From an uncultured Gammaproteobacteria bacterium (GTDB lineage Bacteria > Patescibacteriota > Patescibacteriia > 2-01-FULL-39-33): DNA of 64,000 bases. The notes beneath the pieces are model-generated. The model ran no database searches. It saw only the letters and a list, made by a program, of their open reading frames with translations, and was not told the DNA's origin. This document shows, one piece after another, positions 45,660 through 55,508 of this stretch (within the stretch, counting starts at the first letter, position 1; every line of letters begins with the position of its first letter). The DNA is taken from positions 201,102-265,101 of the forward strand of contig CAZEKG010000002.1 in assembly GCA_964512625.1 (NCBI GenBank), given 5' to 3'. The position numbers and the translations under genes were made by a program.

Positions 45660-47675
45660 ATGATAAATAAAATGGATAAATTAGTTTCTATTATAATTCC
45701 CACGTATAATAGTGCTAAATTTTTACGGGATGTTTCCTTGCCATCGGTCTTGAAACAAAGCTATAAGAATTTAGAGGTGATTGTAATTGATGATGGCTCT
45801 ACCGACGATACAAGAGATGTCGTTAGTGGTTTTATTCTTAATGAAAATTTTAAGTATTATTATCAAGATAATAAAGGACAGGCTTCCGCTAGAAATTTAG
45901 GTATAAAATTATCAACTGGAGAATATGTAGCATTTTTGGACGCAGATGATTATTGGCATCCAAACAAAATATCTAAACAGTTAGATTTAATGCTACTTAA
46001 TAACAGTAAGGGATTTTGTTTTTGTGATTTTTATGAAATTAAAGATGGTAATAGAAAATATTATAGTCAAAACCCAGGAGATAGTTTTTTAATTGATATT
46101 TTAATGGCTCTTAAATCGGTTTTACCATCAACTATTTTAATAAAAAGGGAGGTTCTTAATAGGATTGGTTTTTTTAACGAAAAATCTAATCTGAGGTATA
46201 TAGAGGATATTGATTTTATTATCAGGCTAGCAGCGTCTGAGGAGTTTGTTTATCTGCCAGAGGCTCTAGTTTTTTATCAATCTTCTATTGGTAAGGGTGG
46301 ATGCGATAGATTGGCAAGATTTATTGATTTAATAGAATTATACAGTATAAAACATAGCAACTTAATTGAGGGTAACTATAAAAAAGCATCAATTCAGTAC
46401 CGTTTTTTAGGTAGCGGCTTTATTAAAACCAATAGAATTGGCCGTGGCAGAAAGTATCTTTTAAAATCATTAAGATACAATTATTTCAATTTATTGTCGG
46501 GTTTGTATTTTTTAATTTCTATTTTTGGTAGTAATTTTTTTAACTTTATTTTTTTAATAAAACAAAAATTTATTAAAATGAATTATTCATACCAAAATAA
46601 ATTAGTAATATTTACAGCTTATGTTATTGACTTAGCGGGCGGTTTACTCTTTTTAAGAAAGAATAACAAGATTTATAATCAAAGTGTAAGAAAAATACTT
46701 ATAGTTAAGATTGACAATATTGGTGATTGCTTTTTAATGTCGCCGCTATTTACTGAATTAAAAAAGATAAATTCAGGAGTTAAATTAGATGTTTTATGTC
46801 TCAATGCCTCCGGGGATATTTTTGAAAACAATAGAAGCATTAACAAGGTCTTTAAAATAAATAGCGACTCTTTTAAGGATCTTTTTCGTGTTCTAAAAAA
46901 GATCAAGGAGGAAAATTACGATATTTTTATTGACGCTCGAGGATATGCTAAGGTCGCGTTATTGGGTTTCTGTTCCGGAATAAAAATAAGGTTAGGATTT
47001 TTGGAAGAAGTTTTAAATTTTCTATATACTAATAAAATAGAGTATTCTAGAAATGCTCATGAAAGCGAAAAATATTCTCAGTTACTTAGTGAGTTCGGGA
47101 TTATTGATTCTGATTCATGGATTCCTAGGCTGGATTTAAGGAGTGATATTAATGTTGATAATTTCAAAATTAATGGCCAGGTACTAGCTATTCATCCAGG
47201 AGCCAGTTTGGCTTATAAGAAATGGCCAATTGAAAAATGGGTTGAATTATTAAAGAGAATTATTAATGACAATAATGATATAGATGTTGTTATTTTAGGA
47301 AGTAAGGAAGAGTTTAAGATAGCCGGTAAAATAGTGGCTGGCCTGCCTGATTCGCGCGTAACTAATTTAGCCGGTAAGATGAATATAGCCCAGAATTATT
47401 TATTTTTATCAAAATGTTTTATATTTATCGGAAATGATTCTGCTCTTGGCCACTTAGCTGGTCCGCAAGGAATCGCGACTATTACTCTAATGAATTCAGT
47501 TATTGATAAAAATAGATGGAGGCCTTTAGGCACAAAAGTGGAAGTTATTAGCGGAAAAAATGAGGAGCATAGATGCTTATACGATCAATGTCCTTATCCA
47601 TGTCCTAATATGGATTCAATAACCGTAGAAGATGTTCTCAAAAAGGTAAATTATTTCATCAATTTAAATAAATAA
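45660..47675 (+). CDS. Bifunctional glycosyltransferase: N-terminal GT2 plus C-terminal GT9 (heptosyltransferase-like), joined by a hydrophobic linker
   Basis: GT2 motifs (IIIPTYNS...VIVIDDGSTDDT, DADD); GT9 features (VLAIHPGAS..YKKWP..W, ..IGNDSALGHLAG). Confidence 0.65.
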   Translation: MINKMDKLVSIIIPTYNSAKFLRDVSLPSVLKQSYKNLEVIVIDDGSTDDTRDVVSGFILNENFKYYYQDNKGQASARNLGIKLSTGEYVAFLDADDYWHPNKISKQLDLMLLNNSKGFCFCDFYEIKDGNRKYYSQNPGDSFLIDILMALKSVLPSTILIKREVLNRIGFFNEKSNLRYIEDIDFIIRLAASEEFVYLPEALVFYQSSIGKGGCDRLARFIDLIELYSIKHSNLIEGNYKKASIQYRFLGSGFIKTNRIGRGRKYLLKSLRYNYFNLLSGLYFLISIFGSNFFNFIFLIKQKFIKMNYSYQNKLVIFTAYVIDLAGGLLFLRKNNKIYNQSVRKILIVKIDNIGDCFLMSPLFTELKKINSGVKLDVLCLNASGDIFENNRSINKVFKINSDSFKDLFRVLKKIKEENYDIFIDARGYAKVALLGFCSGIKIRLGFLEEVLNFLYTNKIEYSRNAHESEKYSQLLSEFGIIDSDSWIPRLDLRSDINVDNFKINGQVLAIHPGASLAYKKWPIEKWVELLKRIINDNNDIDVVILGSKEEFKIAGKIVAGLPDSRVTNLAGKMNIAQNYLFLSKCFIFIGNDSALGHLAGPQGIATITLMNSVIDKNRWRPLGTKVEVISGKNEEHRCLYDQCPYPCPNMDSITVEDVLKKVNYFINLNK

Positions 47676-47682
47676 ATATTTT

Positions 47683-48594
47683 ATGTTAATCTCATTTTTC
47701 AAAAAGATTATATGGAGGTTCGGGATATTTTTTAGGAAAGACTTTTATGGCGGGGGATTATTCTCTTTAATATTTCTTTTACCACTAAGGTTAAGAAATA
47801 GATATCCTAAAAGTCTTTCTCTGACTGGCTATTTATCTAAAAAAATAAAAAGTCTTTCAATTAAAGAATCGCAAAGCGGTTGGAAAATATCTTCCGATTC
47901 TTTCGTGCTTGAGATCCCTAGTATCTCTGATGATATTATGGATGTAATTTATCCTTTTTTGGGAGAAAAAAACAAGTTTATTGAGAAATTCCTAAGCAAT
48001 CCTTTTTATTCCGAGGGTTTTTATATGAACGAAAGATGTTTTTTCTCTGCTGGTGATTCGGTTATCGATATGGGGGCGAATGTGGGATTTTTTACTATCC
48101 CCGCCAGTAAGCTGGTCGGATTAGCCGGTAAAGTTTATTCCTTTGAGCCAGTTACTGAAGCATCTGATATTTTAAAAAACAACATGCTTATTAATAGCTG
48201 TAGTAATATACAATTAGTCAATAGCGCCCTCGGATCTATTAATTCTGAAGTAAGTTTAAACGTGGATGCTAGCAATTTATTTGAATCATCATCAGTTGTA
48301 ATAGAGCCTTCTAATAATAATTTTAAAAGGACAGTAAATCAATTAACTTTAGATGAATTCATAACACAGGAAAAAATAGACAAGGTGGATTTTATAAAGG
48401 TGGATATAGAAGGTGCCGAAAGAGATATGCTCAAGGGAGCTGAAATTACCATTAAAAGATTTAAGCCTCGCATCGCTATAAGAATTTATCATTTACCAGA
48501 TGATCCTAGTGTTATAGAAGATATATTGCGTTCATATGTTCCGCAGTATAAGATTGAAAAATTTTATAATAAAACGTTGTACGCGTATCTGTAA
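47683..48594 (+). CDS. FkbM-family methyltransferase (second copy)
   Basis: VIDMGANVGFFT...VYSFEPV. Confidence 0.6.
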   Translation: MLISFFKKIIWRFGIFFRKDFYGGGLFSLIFLLPLRLRNRYPKSLSLTGYLSKKIKSLSIKESQSGWKISSDSFVLEIPSISDDIMDVIYPFLGEKNKFIEKFLSNPFYSEGFYMNERCFFSAGDSVIDMGANVGFFTIPASKLVGLAGKVYSFEPVTEASDILKNNMLINSCSNIQLVNSALGSINSEVSLNVDASNLFESSSVVIEPSNNNFKRTVNQLTLDEFITQEKIDKVDFIKVDIEGAERDMLKGAEITIKRFKPRIAIRIYHLPDDPSVIEDILRSYVPQYKIEKFYNKTLYAYL

Positions 48595-48627
48595 TCCCGC
48601 GCGTTAATTAAGGCTTAATATAATATA

Positions 48628-49599
48628 ATGAAGCAAGAGCTAATTTCGATTATTATACCAACTTATAACAGACTAGATGTTCTGTCTAGTATCTCAGTTC
48701 CAAGTGTTATAAAACAAACCCACGATAATTGGGAATTAATTATTGTTGATGACGGATCGACGGATAATACTAAAGAATTTTGCAATGAACTGATGACTCT
48801 TAATAGTAGAATAAAATATGTTTATAAGGAAAATGGGGGACAGGGCTCAGCTAGGAACATCGGCATTAAGTCGGCTAAAGGGGAGTATGTCCTTCTTTTA
48901 GATTCTGATGATGCCCTATTGCCAAAAATGGTGGAGATTATGCTGGGGAGAATTATTGGGAATAGTTGCGATATAGTTAGGTGTAAAAAATGGGATTATA
49001 ATTTCCAAAAGGGCTTTATTAATTTAAGTGACGATAATCCTAGTTGTGTTATTTATAGAAAAAGATTATTTGAAAAATTTTGCTATTATAGCGAGGATAG
49101 GAAATTGATCGGCATTGAAGACGCTGATTTAAGCATTTCTTGGCATAAGCTGGAAAAGGAAATCGGTTATGAACTAAAAGATATTAAATACCATGAGCCA
49201 TTAGTTATATATTTAACTCATGAAAATCAAGCAACAAGTGATAGTGATTTGCCGAGAAAAAAAGGAATGGTTAACTCACTTATTGAGAAATATAGCAATG
49301 ACAATAAAGTCGATTCAGAGGAAATGTATATAAAATACAGAGAGCTAGGGAATATAAAATTAATACTCAAAGACGTTACTGGAAAGAATGAATTAAAAAA
49401 GTCTTTAAGTATTAAGTTTAATCTCGAGTCTGTTATGCTCTTATTTATTAGTTATTTAGGTTTAAGGATGTATCCTTTATCTATCTCGATGATTAAAAAA
49501 ATAAGAGAGAGAATTATTTGGAGAATTAAATTGAAAAGGGGTATTAAGAATTACCCTCTTCTGTATCGTGAGGCTTTAAAAATGACAAAAAATAAATAA
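48628..49599 (+). CDS. GT2 glycosyltransferase
   Basis: ISIIIPTYNRL...LIIVDDGSTDNT and DSDD. Confidence 0.7.
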   Translation: MKQELISIIIPTYNRLDVLSSISVPSVIKQTHDNWELIIVDDGSTDNTKEFCNELMTLNSRIKYVYKENGGQGSARNIGIKSAKGEYVLLLDSDDALLPKMVEIMLGRIIGNSCDIVRCKKWDYNFQKGFINLSDDNPSCVIYRKRLFEKFCYYSEDRKLIGIEDADLSISWHKLEKEIGYELKDIKYHEPLVIYLTHENQATSDSDLPRKKGMVNSLIEKYSNDNKVDSEEMYIKYRELGNIKLILKDVTGKNELKKSLSIKFNLESVMLLFISYLGLRMYPLSISMIKKIRERIIWRIKLKRGIKNYPLLYREALKMTKNK

Positions 49600-50742
49600 A
49601 TGAAAATAGCCATCAATCTTTTGCAATATACTGATATTCAGGGCATAGAAATATATGCCTCAAATGTTTTGTCATCGCTTTTTAAAAATGATAAGGATAA
49701 TACCTTTATCTTATATATGAATCAGAAGTCTGCCAAGATATTTGATTTTCATGGAGATAATATAATAAGGAGAGAGATTAAATTTAAAAATATATCAAAG
49801 ATTAAATTGCTAGCTTATCAGCAATTGATGCTTCCCTTGTCTTTAATTAAGGAGAGAGTCGATTTGCTTTATTGTCCTTCAATTGCTATGCCACTATTTT
49901 ACAGCAAGAAGATCGTAACGATCTTGGATTGCGCTTTTTTCAGGTTTAAAGAGGAGGCTGGCATTATATCGCGGCTTTATATAAAATCGGCTCTTTGGTC
50001 ATCGAAATACAATTCCAAAAAAATAATAACCATATCCGATTTTTCTAAGCGTGAGATTATGGAGGTTTTAAAAGTGAAGGAAGATAAAGTAGTTGTTGCT
50101 TATGCGGCTCTTCCGAAGCTTGCTGAGGTTCCCGGTGATCGTGTTAATAGTATATTGGAAAAGTTTGATTTAAATGATGGCCCTAAAGTCAGAAAATATT
50201 TTTTATACGTCGGTAATTTCAGGCCGAGAAAGAATGTGCCGAGGATGATTGACGCTTTTAATTCATTGGGCGATAAGTATGAAGATATTCATTTTTTGTT
50301 AGTCGGAAAGATTGAAGAAAGGTTTTTTAATCTTGAAGAGGAGATAAATAAAAAAAATCCTCATGGTAGGATAAAATACCTCGGGGTTATAAATGAGGAG
50401 GAAAAGGCTGTTTTATATCAAAATACCCTAGCTTTGGTTTTTTATTCTCTTTATGAGGGTTTCGGATTGCCTGTCTTAGAGGCGCAATCATTAGGCGTTC
50501 CCGTTCTAACCTCCAATTCATCATCTTTGATTGAGGTTGCTGCCGACAGCGCTTTATTAACTAATCCTTTATCGGTTGAGGAGATGAGCTTAAACATGAA
50601 AAAAATAATAGAGGATGGCAATCTTAGAGATGATTTAATTAAAGCTGGTAAAATTAATTTACAAAGATTCTCTTGGGACGAGGAAAGTAAAATAATCTTA
50701 GAAATATTTAATAATCTAAATGAAAATACTCCAAGTAAATAA
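49600..50742 (+). CDS. GT4 (GT-B) glycosyltransferase
   Basis: C-terminal EGFGLPVLEAQSLGVPVL motif. Confidence 0.7.
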   Translation: MKIAINLLQYTDIQGIEIYASNVLSSLFKNDKDNTFILYMNQKSAKIFDFHGDNIIRREIKFKNISKIKLLAYQQLMLPLSLIKERVDLLYCPSIAMPLFYSKKIVTILDCAFFRFKEEAGIISRLYIKSALWSSKYNSKKIITISDFSKREIMEVLKVKEDKVVVAYAALPKLAEVPGDRVNSILEKFDLNDGPKVRKYFLYVGNFRPRKNVPRMIDAFNSLGDKYEDIHFLLVGKIEERFFNLEEEINKKNPHGRIKYLGVINEEEKAVLYQNTLALVFYSLYEGFGLPVLEAQSLGVPVLTSNSSSLIEVAADSALLTNPLSVEEMSLNMKKIIEDGNLRDDLIKAGKINLQRFSWDEESKIILEIFNNLNENTPSK

Positions 50743-51835
50743 ATATTATTACCCCGTAATCGGGGGAGTGGAAAAAGTCGTAAAGGACTTGGCCGACGGT
50801 TTAGCCGGTCGAGATGATATTGAGATGGAGGTTTTAGTTTGTCAAAAGTCCGGTAAGATGGCGATTGATGAAATTAACGGCATAAAAATATTTCGAGCTT
50901 CTAGCTTGGGAATAGTTATGAGAATGCCGATTTCCCTAGATTTTTTTAAGCTTTATAAAAAACTGGAAAAAGAAAATGACTTAGTAATCTTGCATCATCC
51001 CTTTCCTTTGGGCTTTTTAGCTTATATTTTATTTTCGAGGAATAAAAAAATGGTGGTTTGGTATCATAGTGATATTATTAGACAGAAAATAACAGGTTTC
51101 TTAATTTCTCCCCTAATTAACTTAACTCTTAAAAGAGTCAGATATATTTTTACTTCCAGTGATAATATGATCAAGAATTCTCCTTATCTAAGGAAGTTTT
51201 CTCATAAATGCCTAGCAATCCCTTATGGGATCGAAGCAAGTAGTTTGGAGTTTACTGAGTTAATAAAATCTCAAGCGCAGGAGATAGTCAAAAAATATCA
51301 AAGGCCGATAGTCCTTTCCGTTGGCCGGTTAGTTTATTATAAAGGCTTTGAATATTTGATAAAATCTTTTAAGTCAGTAGATGATGCGATTTTATTGATT
51401 ATCGGAGAGGGACCTTTAAAAGAAGAGCTTAATAAGTTAATTTTAGATTTAGGCCTTAGGGAAAAAGTTTTTATTCTTGATCATGTTTCTGATTTAAAGC
51501 CTTATTATGCCGCTTGTAAAATATTCGCCTTGCCATCAGTAGCTAATTCGGAGGCTTTTGGCTTAGTCCAAATGGAAGCCATGGCTTATAGTAAGCCGGT
51601 TATCAATACGAATCTCCCGACTTCCGTTCCTGAGGTTTCAGTTGATATGGAAACGGGATTAACGGTTGAACCGAAAAACGCCCAGGCTTTAGCTGAGGCG
51701 ATAAATAGACTTCTTAATGATAGCGAACTTTATGAGAGGTTGTCGAAAAATGCAAAAATTAAAGTCGAAGATAAGTTTTTAATGGCTAAGTTTTTAGATA
51801 GCCATAAAGATGTTTTCTTAGGGATGACAGAGTAA
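50720..51835 (+). CDS. GT4 glycosyltransferase
   Basis: N-terminal KILQVNKYYYPVIGGVEK and C-terminal SEAFGLVQMEAMAYSKPVI. Confidence 0.7.
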   Translation: MKILQVNKYYYPVIGGVEKVVKDLADGLAGRDDIEMEVLVCQKSGKMAIDEINGIKIFRASSLGIVMRMPISLDFFKLYKKLEKENDLVILHHPFPLGFLAYILFSRNKKMVVWYHSDIIRQKITGFLISPLINLTLKRVRYIFTSSDNMIKNSPYLRKFSHKCLAIPYGIEASSLEFTELIKSQAQEIVKKYQRPIVLSVGRLVYYKGFEYLIKSFKSVDDAILLIIGEGPLKEELNKLILDLGLREKVFILDHVSDLKPYYAACKIFALPSVANSEAFGLVQMEAMAYSKPVINTNLPTSVPEVSVDMETGLTVEPKNAQALAEAINRLLNDSELYERLSKNAKIKVEDKFLMAKFLDSHKDVFLGMTE

Positions 51836-51850
51836 TTAATTTGTTTTTTT

Positions 51851-53191
51851 TCACTGCCCCTTCCTACTAATTATCACCTTAACCGTCTTAAGAATAACGC
51901 TTAAATCAAGGAAAAGAGAACGGTTCTTGATATAGAATAAATCATATTTAAGCTTTTCTAAAGATTCTTCTTTCGAACCGCCGTACGCTGGGCCATTTAA
52001 TTGCGCCCAACCCGTCAGCCCCGGCTTTACGAGTAACCTTTCTTTATAAAACGGGATGTCCTGAGCCAGGATTTCAATAAACTCCGGCCGTTCGGGGCGA
52101 GGCCCGACGAAACTCATATCGCCTTTAAGAATATTGATCAGCTGAGGGATTTCATCTAATCTCGTCTTTCTCATTATCCGTCCGAATTTCGTTACTCTCG
52201 GATCATTCTTCTCCGCCCACTGGGCGCCGTTCTTTTCCGCGTCGTTAATCATAGAGCGGAATTTTAGGGCCAAGAAAGTCTTGCCATTCTTGCCGGTCCT
52301 GATCTGTTTAAAGATTATCGGGCCGGAACTCTCCATCCTTATAATTAAAGCGACTATTGGCGCAATGAATAAAGAAATGGCGAGGCCGATAATAGCAAGG
52401 ATGATATCCATAACTCTTTTTATAACCTCGTAGAATTTCTTAGAATTTTCTGTCAGGTTTTCTAAGAACCAGCTATGCTCGATATCTTTAACCGGAACCT
52501 TGCCGGTAACTTGTTCGTAAAAGCCGTTTAAGCTATAGATATCAATACCGAGGGAAAGGCAATCGAAGATCTTTTTAGCTGATTCCGAGTCATTCTTCAT
52601 TTCAGAGGAGACGACTAATAGATCGATCTTATTAGTTTCGCAAAAAAGCCTGAGGTTGTCCGGGAAAGCGTTAGTGGTTATGGCTTTAAAGCCGAGCTGG
52701 GGCCGATTTCTAATTTCTTCGATCAGCTCATGGGCTAGGGGGTTATTAGCCATAATTAAGGCGTTATTAGCGATCTTTTCTGATTTAATCGTCGTATAGA
52801 AAAGCTTGCGCCAAAAAAAGATTAAGACGCCGGTAATAGCTAGGTCGATAATTAGAACTCTTTGAGGTTTAATAGTATTCTCAAACAGCGGTCCAAGGAA
52901 ATAGAAGATTAAAATGGCGATTAAGCCGCTAATAAGGAGAGTGCGGGCTAGAATATTGGCGAGGCTGAAGTTATTGTAACTTATCTTAATATCATAGAGT
53001 TCGCTAATAAAGAAAATGATTAACCAGAAAAAGAAAACAAAGGAAAAAGGCCAAAAATGGCTTTCGAATTGATTCGAACTTCCGCTTAATCCGAAGCGGA
53101 GAGCTAAAGTCAGCCAAAGAGAAAAGTAGAGGATAACTAGGTCGCCCCCGATTAGTAAGCCCTTTTTAGTTTTAACGATTATTCCGTTCAT
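51851..53191 (-). CDS. Initiating polyprenyl-phosphate sugar phosphotransferase (WbaP/bacterial sugar transferase family)
   Basis: Polytopic N-terminus; C-terminal KRVMDIILA...FKQIRTGKNGKTF...DEIPQLINILKGDMSFVGPRPE. Confidence 0.85.
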   Translation of the reverse strand: MNGIIVKTKKGLLIGGDLVILYFSLWLTLALRFGLSGSSNQFESHFWPFSFVFFFWLIIFFISELYDIKISYNNFSLANILARTLLISGLIAILIFYFLGPLFENTIKPQRVLIIDLAITGVLIFFWRKLFYTTIKSEKIANNALIMANNPLAHELIEEIRNRPQLGFKAITTNAFPDNLRLFCETNKIDLLVVSSEMKNDSESAKKIFDCLSLGIDIYSLNGFYEQVTGKVPVKDIEHSWFLENLTENSKKFYEVIKRVMDIILAIIGLAISLFIAPIVALIIRMESSGPIIFKQIRTGKNGKTFLALKFRSMINDAEKNGAQWAEKNDPRVTKFGRIMRKTRLDEIPQLINILKGDMSFVGPRPERPEFIEILAQDIPFYKERLLVKPGLTGWAQLNGPAYGGSKEESLEKLKYDLFYIKNRSLFLDLSVILKTVKVIISRKGQ

Positions 53192-53258
53192 ATCTTTAAT
53201 TCTCTTAATTTATAACATATTTGTTATTATTTCTCAAGTTTTAATTAAATTCCTAATA

Positions 53259-53267
53259 TGTTATAAT
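53259..53267 (+). promoter_or_regulatory. Extended -10 (tgttataat) upstream of the S8 protease gene
   Basis: TGnTATAAT match about 24 nt before the ATG at 53291. Confidence 0.3.
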
Positions 53268-53290
53268 ACTGATAATTACTATTATAAATT

Positions 53291-54994
53291 ATGGCTAAAA
53301 AATCAGCTTTTTCCTTTTTTATCTTCGCCTGTTTTGCGCTGGCCGTTTTTTTATTTTCATCTTGTGCTGTTTTAGCCTTTACTCCTGATGATCCGCTTTT
53401 CAGTTATCAAAGGGACTATCTTAATCAGATAAAAGCGCCTGAGGCCTGGGATCGAGCTAATGGACAGGGTGTTGTTGTCGCTGTCCTTGATTCGGGAGTA
53501 GATATTAATCATCCCGATTTAAAAGATAATATTTGGGTTAATGTTGGAGAAATTCCTAATAACGGCAAGGATGACGATAGCGACGGTTATGTTGATGATT
53601 TTAATGGCTGGGATTTTGTTGATAATACTAATGATCCGCGACCGAAGTTCGATAGCGGTTATACTCAGGGCGGTATTTATCATGGTACAGCTATTGCCGG
53701 TATTATCGCCGCTAAGGCTAATAATAAAGAAGGGATTTCCGGCGTTGCTTACGGAGCGAAGATTATGCCCCTAAGAGTCTTATCTGCCGACGGTACGGGC
53801 GATATTAATAAAGTTGCTAAGGCGATAAGATACGCTGTCAATAAGGGCGCTAATGTTATAAACTTGAGCTTGGTTGGCGATAGTTATGTCCAAAAGCTGG
53901 CTGATGAAATAAAATGGGCGAAGAGCAAGGGCGTGGTCGTTGTCGGCGCTGTCGGCAATGATAATCGCAACTTGATTTCCAGCCCGACTTACCCGGCTTG
54001 TTACGGTGATAATCTTAATAATTGGATTTTGGCCGTCGCTTCAGTTAACGGCTCTAATATTAAATCTTCTTTCAGTAATTGCGGCGCCGGCTGCGTCGAT
54101 TTAGTCGCTCCCGGAGAAAGTCTTTTAAGTCTTAATTTCCATGACGGAGCAGTCGAAGGCTTTAAGGGCTATTATTTAAAAGGTTTGACGGGAACTTCTT
54201 TCGCTTCTGCTTTAGTTTCCGGAGCGGCGGCCTTAGTTAAGTCGAAGAACCAATCCTGGCAGGCGGATCAGATAATCCAAGCCTTAAAACTGAATGCCGA
54301 TAGTGTTGATGTTTATAACGGCGATTACGCCGGCGAATTGGGAGCGGGGATTATTAATTTAGAAAAAGCGATTGGTTTCGCCGCTTCACCCTCGAAGGGT
54401 TATTTAATGAAACAGGAAAAAGATTCGGCGGTTTATTACGTTGATGCTTCCGGTCAAAGGCATTTATTCCCTAACGAAAAGATTTTTTGGAGCTGGCATT
54501 TCGGTTCTTGGAGTGATCATCAGGTAAAAATAGTCAGCTCAACTGATTTCGCCTCTTATCCTCCCTCTGATAATGTCCGCTATCGCCCGGGTGGCTTGAT
54601 TAAGTTCGATAATAGCGCTAAGATATACGCCATTTCTAATAATGGAACCCTTTGTCGGCTAGGGGATGATAAGGCGGGAGAATATCTTTATGGTAAGAAT
54701 TGGCTGAAGAAAATCGACTTAATTCAAACCGCTTTCGAAGCGGATTATGCAAGGAACGAAGATTGTACTATTTTTTATGGTGGTAAGATTCCTGATGGCT
54801 TCGTTTTTCGCTACGCTAGCTCTTCCGATTATTGGTTGGCTGATAGCGGTTATAAACGTTCTTTAAGCTCCTATTCTTTTTCGGCTAATGGTTTTAAGAA
54901 TGATTTTGTCGTCGACGGCTTGGATAGCAGCGTTTTTTATGAAACTAGTCGTCCGGTCGATGATTGGGAAGTTAATATTAATCCGTATAAATAA
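53291..54994 (+). CDS. Secreted subtilisin-like serine protease (S8) with a C-terminal roughly 170-aa domain homologous to the N-terminus of the surface protein 31718..35179
   Basis: Signal peptide; catalytic triad Asp (VAVLDSGVD), His (HGTAIAGII), Ser (GTSFASALVSGAAAL); C-terminal AVYYVDASGQRHLF...RPGGLIKFDNSAKIYAIS...DYWLADSGYKRSL..FSANGF. Confidence 0.85.
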   Translation: MAKKSAFSFFIFACFALAVFLFSSCAVLAFTPDDPLFSYQRDYLNQIKAPEAWDRANGQGVVVAVLDSGVDINHPDLKDNIWVNVGEIPNNGKDDDSDGYVDDFNGWDFVDNTNDPRPKFDSGYTQGGIYHGTAIAGIIAAKANNKEGISGVAYGAKIMPLRVLSADGTGDINKVAKAIRYAVNKGANVINLSLVGDSYVQKLADEIKWAKSKGVVVVGAVGNDNRNLISSPTYPACYGDNLNNWILAVASVNGSNIKSSFSNCGAGCVDLVAPGESLLSLNFHDGAVEGFKGYYLKGLTGTSFASALVSGAAALVKSKNQSWQADQIIQALKLNADSVDVYNGDYAGELGAGIINLEKAIGFAASPSKGYLMKQEKDSAVYYVDASGQRHLFPNEKIFWSWHFGSWSDHQVKIVSSTDFASYPPSDNVRYRPGGLIKFDNSAKIYAISNNGTLCRLGDDKAGEYLYGKNWLKKIDLIQTAFEADYARNEDCTIFYGGKIPDGFVFRYASSSDYWLADSGYKRSLSSYSFSANGFKNDFVVDGLDSSVFYETSRPVDDWEVNINPYK

Positions 54995-54997
54995 AAA

Positions 54998-55441
54998 ATG
55001 AAGGAATCGGTCATAAAACTTAAATCGGCGGCCAGTAATTTTTATCTTTTTCGCCGTTATCCGATTTCCAAGCAGTTTACGAAATTCTGTATCGTCGGCT
55101 CGACTAACTTCGTTGTTGATTTTATCGTTTATATCATCTTGACCAGGCTATTAGGCGTTTATTACCTGGCTGCTGCCGTCATTTCTTTTATAATCGCGGT
55201 CAGTTGGAGTTATTTTATGAATAAGAAATGGACTTTTAGGAATAAAAGTCCGAAGATAAGCTCGCAGTATCTTAAATTTTTTTCGGCCAACGCCTTTGGC
55301 TTAGCCCTTAACTTATTGTTAATGCTTGCTTTAGTCGAATTAATGGGCGTCTATGATGTGGCCGCGAAGGTATTGGTCGCTGTTGCTATCGCTTTCATCA
55401 ATTTCGGCCTTAGCCGTTATTGGACTTTTAGGGAAGTTTAG
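54998..55441 (+). CDS. GtrA-family membrane protein
   Basis: FTKFCIVGSTNFVVDFIVYIIL...WSYFMNKKWTF; 4 TM, 147 aa. Confidence 0.7.
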   Translation: MKESVIKLKSAASNFYLFRRYPISKQFTKFCIVGSTNFVVDFIVYIILTRLLGVYYLAAAVISFIIAVSWSYFMNKKWTFRNKSPKISSQYLKFFSANAFGLALNLLLMLALVELMGVYDVAAKVLVAVAIAFINFGLSRYWTFREV

Positions 55442-55508
55442 CGCCTTGTTTTTTATCTTGATTATTGTTACAATTTGCTCAATTAGTGGAAATTAATTTA
55501 TAACCAGT

